A stretch of DNA of 64,000 nucleotides from Selaginella moellendorffii. Lineage: Eukaryota; Plantae; Lycopodiophyta. Shown piece by piece: positions 59,198 to 64,000 of the stretch (position 1 is its first letter; the number at the start of each line of letters is the position of its first letter). Below the pieces are notes generated by a model. It saw only the letters and a list, made by a program, of their open reading frames with translations. It ran no database searches and was not told the DNA's origin. The stretch covers positions 890,203 to 954,202 of the forward strand of contig NW_003314287.1 in NCBI RefSeq assembly GCF_000143415.4, given 5' to 3'. Position numbers and translations under genes: made by a program.

Positions 59198-61522
59198 TTA
59201 CGTAGATATGAGGCCGCTTTTCCTCCTCTTTTTCCCGTCGGGAGTACCATGGAGCTGGGGCTTGCAGTCGTAGGTGCGCAGTTGGAACGCCTCAAAAGCT
59301 TCGGACACTGCTTCGACCTGTACGTGGACACAGTAAGTCATGTATTGGGCTGAGCGATCACGTAAACTTACGAGCTCTGGTTTTTTGGCATATACGCGAA
59401 CAATCCTGTCCACGCAGTGATCAGAATAAAACCCGCTCAAGTTCTGTCTGTCCACCGTAAACTTGACAGAGTCATCAAACTCCTGTTTGAAAAACGTCAA
59501 AATAGCCCTTGCAATTCAGTAGCCATTGTCTGTTACCTTGAAAAAGTGCACCCTGTATACAGAGCCACACCAAGTAAGTACGAGGCCTACGGAGAAAAAT
59601 AAGTTACTAGTTTTACCCAGATAAAGGATCGGGCTTTCCACAAGCAAGGTCTATCTTCACGTTGCTAACGACAATGTCATCTTCACAAATTTTTGCCCCA
59701 GATTTCTGCATAGAAAGTAAATTATGACAAGTGGCATACAAGCTACGTACCGCGCAGCAAACAATGTCTTTGGCGGTGACGTCTTTGAAATGTTCAGTTT
59801 TTTCCTTTGGAACAAGGTACTCGTTACAAAACTACACGTTAAAAGAACTTAGGGGGAACAAAGCACGAAAGTTTTTGGAACCTGATAGAGTCCTTGACCA
59901 CATCTCTTCATTCGCCAGACCAGTTCTCTCGCTTCCTTGAGCTCATCCACATCTGAAGTTTCGATCGCTTTCAGAAGAGAGTCGTCCATCTGAAACTCAA
60001 AGCCAAGCCTAAGCAAATGCAAAAGACGGATAAGTTTACCTTCCAGAATTGTTCTGGGTCAAAAACTCCTGCCGATATTCCCAGATAGTCGTCAGAGAGT
60101 ACCAGCACATCCGCGAGCATAAGCTCTAAAGCCTGTCAAAAAGAAGGATAAACTGTCGGAGATGGACCAGACAAAACCGATGTACCTTGACTTTCCGATG
60201 AGTATAGATTTTTCGGAAAAGATCTGCTCTCGTTCGAAACAGATTCCACACTTCCATGGCTGGAATAAACGTGTAAGACAAACATAGCTGGGTTGCTTCC
60301 CTCACCATCAGTTGCAAGGTAGCAAATCTCGTTGTCGATGACTTTAATATTGTCCATCAGCCTGGAAAAGAAAGTAAAATTCGCCTCACCAAGACAGCCA
60401 GTGAAAATGAAATGCGACAATTTACCTGCCGAGCGTAAAGTTCGAAGTTATACCGCATGCACGAGAGTCTCGAAGAATGTAGTCAAACCTACACAGAAAC
60501 TATAAACAATGCGGAGATGATAAAATACTCATATACTTATCCACGTCAATGGAGTTGCGTCCGTTAGCCACGATGTCAAAGAGAAAGGTCTTCTCGTTGT
60601 ATTCCTGACGGACACACGCGCAAAGATACAAGTCAGGCCTTGGTTTAAGAACTTTTCAAACCTCAATCAGCGAAGGGTTCTTGCTGGATAAGATCATATC
60701 CTGCAAAATGTGATCGAACGCCGTGTGAGTAAGCAAGAAAAAAAACTTGGTCTGTTACCTTGACTCGCTTAAGATCAGTGGAACTAATGTCGATGTGATT
60801 CACATCCACTATGTAGTCGATCATCCTCGTTGACATGTCCTCGTGAGACCTGCATCGCCCTTATATATCACCATGTTAACAGACCGAAGTTCTCGCACCA
60901 CTTGTGTCCTGGCATAATCCGAGGAAGGAACTCGTTGTCAAAGACATGACTAAAGGGACCATGTCCAACATCGTGAAGTAGGCCTGCGAGGAAGCTTTTA
61001 GCCGTTCGTAAGTTTTGGAAAAGAGATTACCTGCCAAGCTCACGGTCGTGATATCAGAGGCGGTGATCCCCAACTCTGGCTGACAAAAACTCGGTTATCA
61101 CGGGGAAAAACTAGAGCACGGAAAAAGATAACGGGTACGTTCTTCGCGAGATTTTCGACTGTCATGCGAGCGAGCTTGTAAACACCCAAAGAATGCTCAA
61201 ACCTCGAATGCGATGCGCCAGGGTAGACCAAGTAGCAAAGTCCTGAGAGACAAAATAATAGAGAAAGTGAAGAAGAAAGATTTAGCCCCGATCCATACCA
61301 AGTTGCTTGATATCACGCAGCCTCTGGAATTGTAGCGAATCCACGAATTTCAAGCTTAGCTACGAGAGAAAGAAAGGGAAATAGTAGCAATCGATCAATG
61401 AGCTTTCTGGAAATTCTTACCGGATCCACGTAAGTGTTACCGTGGAGATTATCGAGAATCACCTTGTCGCGACGCCTCGGCTGCATTGATCGCGGGAGCG
61501 CATCTTCATTCAATGCGCCCAT
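59198..61522 (-). CDS. SAMHD1-like HD-domain dNTP triphosphohydrolase (VENOSA4 family)
   Basis: Multi-exon; DNLHG; [11 protein letters not shown]; [15 protein letters not shown]; [13 protein letters not shown]; [12 protein letters not shown]; [14 protein letters not shown]; IVRVYAK. Confidence 0.95.
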
Positions 61523-61819
61523 TTTCTTGGTAGAATCACCAGAAACTCCAGAAGAACCCTACTTTTTCTACATTCCAGCAACAGCAAAAGGCGATCGATT
61601 GCAGCGCCAGCGATTCATCCGATCCAGCTTCAAATATTTTCTGGTAATCGATCGATCCAGCGCAGCTGATCGCGACGAGCAACAAAGAAGAATAATCTCA
61701 AGGCGGACCGTCCGGTCTAGGGCGTCCACGTGGTCGAATCCGGGAGCTGCTATTATCCGCTTTGCCTTCCCGTTCTTGTGAAGGATGAAGCCGGGGCAGT
61801 TTTTCTAGGGCTCCAGAGG

Positions 61820-64000
61820 ATGGACGATGGCGCCCAGCAGGCGCCGTCGTGGCTCTCGATCGTCGCGGCGGCATTTCTAGGCGCTGGATCCGTGGCGATT
61901 TCGGCGCTATGGATGCACAGGCGCGTCGTGGAGCGAGTGCTGGAGCAGCGATTGCGCAAGATCACGGAAGGTATGGAGAGGGAAATCATAGAAGAAAAGG
62001 GAAATAGGAGGAGCAAGCTAAAGAAGCCGCCGCTCTTGCGAAGGGGCCATTCCGTGCCGCCTCACCAGGACGTGAGGCATGCCAGTCCTGTGGAGATTTG
62101 GTGGTCCGAGAATGGGAAGGCTTCCGGGGAGGAGGAGAAGCTAGTGCCTGGTAGCAGCTCGCAGGCTGCGGAGATCCAGCAGGAGGAAAGCGCGGCTCCA
62201 GTAGAAAATGCGAAGAACTTGAAGGATTCAGCTGCTAGTGAAGCTGGAAAGACTGTGGAAAGTGGAAGAACATCGTCACTGAGTTGCAAGTCGAGATCCA
62301 AGTCGACTTCTTTGTCTTCTGATCGTGACCAGGAGGACGATAAATCGCAAGTGTTTCCTGTCTTGCCGAAAGTTCGCACTCGTCTCGAAGGTGATATTCA
62401 TCTGCTCGAATTTATAATTTTCTGGGATTTTCTAGCAGAAAGTGGCCAAACTTTCAATCATTCCGCATCAAACAGGAGAACTGCACACTTGAGACCATCC
62501 TCTCCTCCTAAGTCTGGACTTTTTGATTTGGATGGATCGGATGAGGATTTGGATATGTTGAATGACAAAGAAGACGCTGTTCTTGTCGATGAAATTTGTG
62601 CAATCGAGGAAGCTGTAGCCAATGAATGCTTTGAGGAGCCATTGTTGAGGATGGTACGTTACAGTGGCTGATGACATGAAAATTCTGGTATGCTTTGCTC
62701 TTGTTTGTGTGTTCTGATTGGTCGAATGAGTGTCATCGTTTTGCAGGATGACGATCCAAAAAACTTTGGACTATCACATTCTCCGAGCTTGGAATGCTTG
62801 GTCGCATCATTAGAGCAACAAACTGAGAAGTCTGAGACACATTCAGCTAGGCCGCATAGTCTTGCAGACGAGCTTCTCGGAGCGCCTGATCCTGTGGCTG
62901 CTGACATTCTAAGAAAGGAGCCACAACAAGAAACGTTTGTTCGCATGAAAGTCACACCCTATGGTACGTATAATCCTCATCATCGTTTCTGACTCCTCCT
63001 CTCACATATTTTATGTATCAGATCCGCCTACAGCCGAAGAAGAGGAAGTTTGCATTGTGCTACAGCAGTGTTTGGCTCTAAGAGAAAAATATTTATTTGT
63101 GGAAAAGGATCCACCATGGCGGAAAGGAATGTTTTGTGCATCAGGATTTAATCCAGATCCTTTCCACTACGAACCAGAACCTCGATCGCAGGTTTGCTCT
63201 TTTTTAAATGAGCTTTGACTAACTAACATAGCTAACGTCCAGCATGTTTTTAAAGAGATAGATGGTGTTATACATGTTTATGCAAATTCAGAAGGTATGT
63301 CCTTGCTACCATGAAAACTTCTAAAGTGGTGTTTTCAGCAAAGGAGGAGTTGTTTCCCGTTCCTGACGCAACTACATTCTTTACGGACATGCACCGAATA
63401 CTTAGACTTACAGGACTAGGAAATGTGCGAACCTTCTGTTACCATCGGTTACATCTTCTGGAACAGGTAGATCGTATCCTTGCACTTAGAAACATCTAAC
63501 ATCTGAATCTCCTTACTGCAGAAATTTAGCCTTCATCTCATGCTTAATGCGGACAGAGAGTTTCTTGCTCAGAAGAGTGCCCCCCATCGAGATTTTTACA
63601 ACGTCAGGAAGGTTGACACTCACGTGCATCATTCATCTTGTATGAACCAAAAGCATCTTTTGCGATTTATCAAGTCAAAGCTGAGAAATGAACCCGACGA
63701 GGTGACTTACAATCTAAAAGCTTTTATATGGATACACTCAACTGTTTCTTGCCAAGTCAGGTTGTTATCTTTCGGGATGGCCAATATCTTACTCTTAAGG
63801 AGGTCTTCGAAAGCTTGGACTTAACAGGGTATGTTTTAGCGGCGATACATTGCAGAAGAATTGGTGTAATTTTGGTATTGCTAGGTACGACCTGAATGTG
63901 GATTTGCTTGACGTCCATGCTGATAAAAATACGTTTCATCGCTTCGACAAATTCAATCTTAAGTACAATCCTTGTGGTCAAAGCCGGCTTAGAGAGATCT
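61820..64000 (+). CDS. AMPD: AMP deaminase, 5' part (continues past the window)
   Basis: N-terminal TM anchor [19 protein letters not shown]; [19 protein letters not shown]; [30 protein letters not shown]; [21 protein letters not shown]. Confidence 0.97.

Overview
Eukaryotic plant nuclear DNA, most likely a lycophyte such as Selaginella. This is inferred from 50-70 nt GT-AG introns, very short intergenic gaps and intronless PLS-PPR genes built from long runs of 31-aa motifs; the species cannot be confirmed from sequence alone. Bases 1-17 kb are AT-rich and TE-rich. They hold a decayed Mutator-like transposase (GCM/WRKY-like Zn domain, DDE core, SWIM) flanked by two candidate cargo ORFs, a palindromic array, minisatellites, a 408-bp tandem duplication, an inverted repeat pair and gene relics. 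Bases 17.7-64 kb are very gene-dense: GRAS TF, SWIM + Ku-binding-motif protein, DUF1218, two small secreted peptide genes missed by the ORF track, PP4R2-like, fasciclin-like AGP, RanGAP, three PPRs, FAD synthetase, GUN4, MEE59-like, CHLD, GDSL lipase, plastid FBPase, TFIIH p44, a divergent Dof, PP2C, an orphan secreted protein, subtilase, SAMHD1-like dNTPase and the 5' part of AMP deaminase. The most promising novelties are (i) a SWIM-fused MRI/CYREN-like candidate NHEJ regulator with an MSA promoter element, (ii) a three-gene MULE with possible ParB-like and SGS3 zf-XS-like cargo, (iii) a pair of G-x-N-P-terminated secreted peptides and (iv) a Crinkler-like nuclease relic. All family assignments come from motifs recognised by eye; no searches were run.
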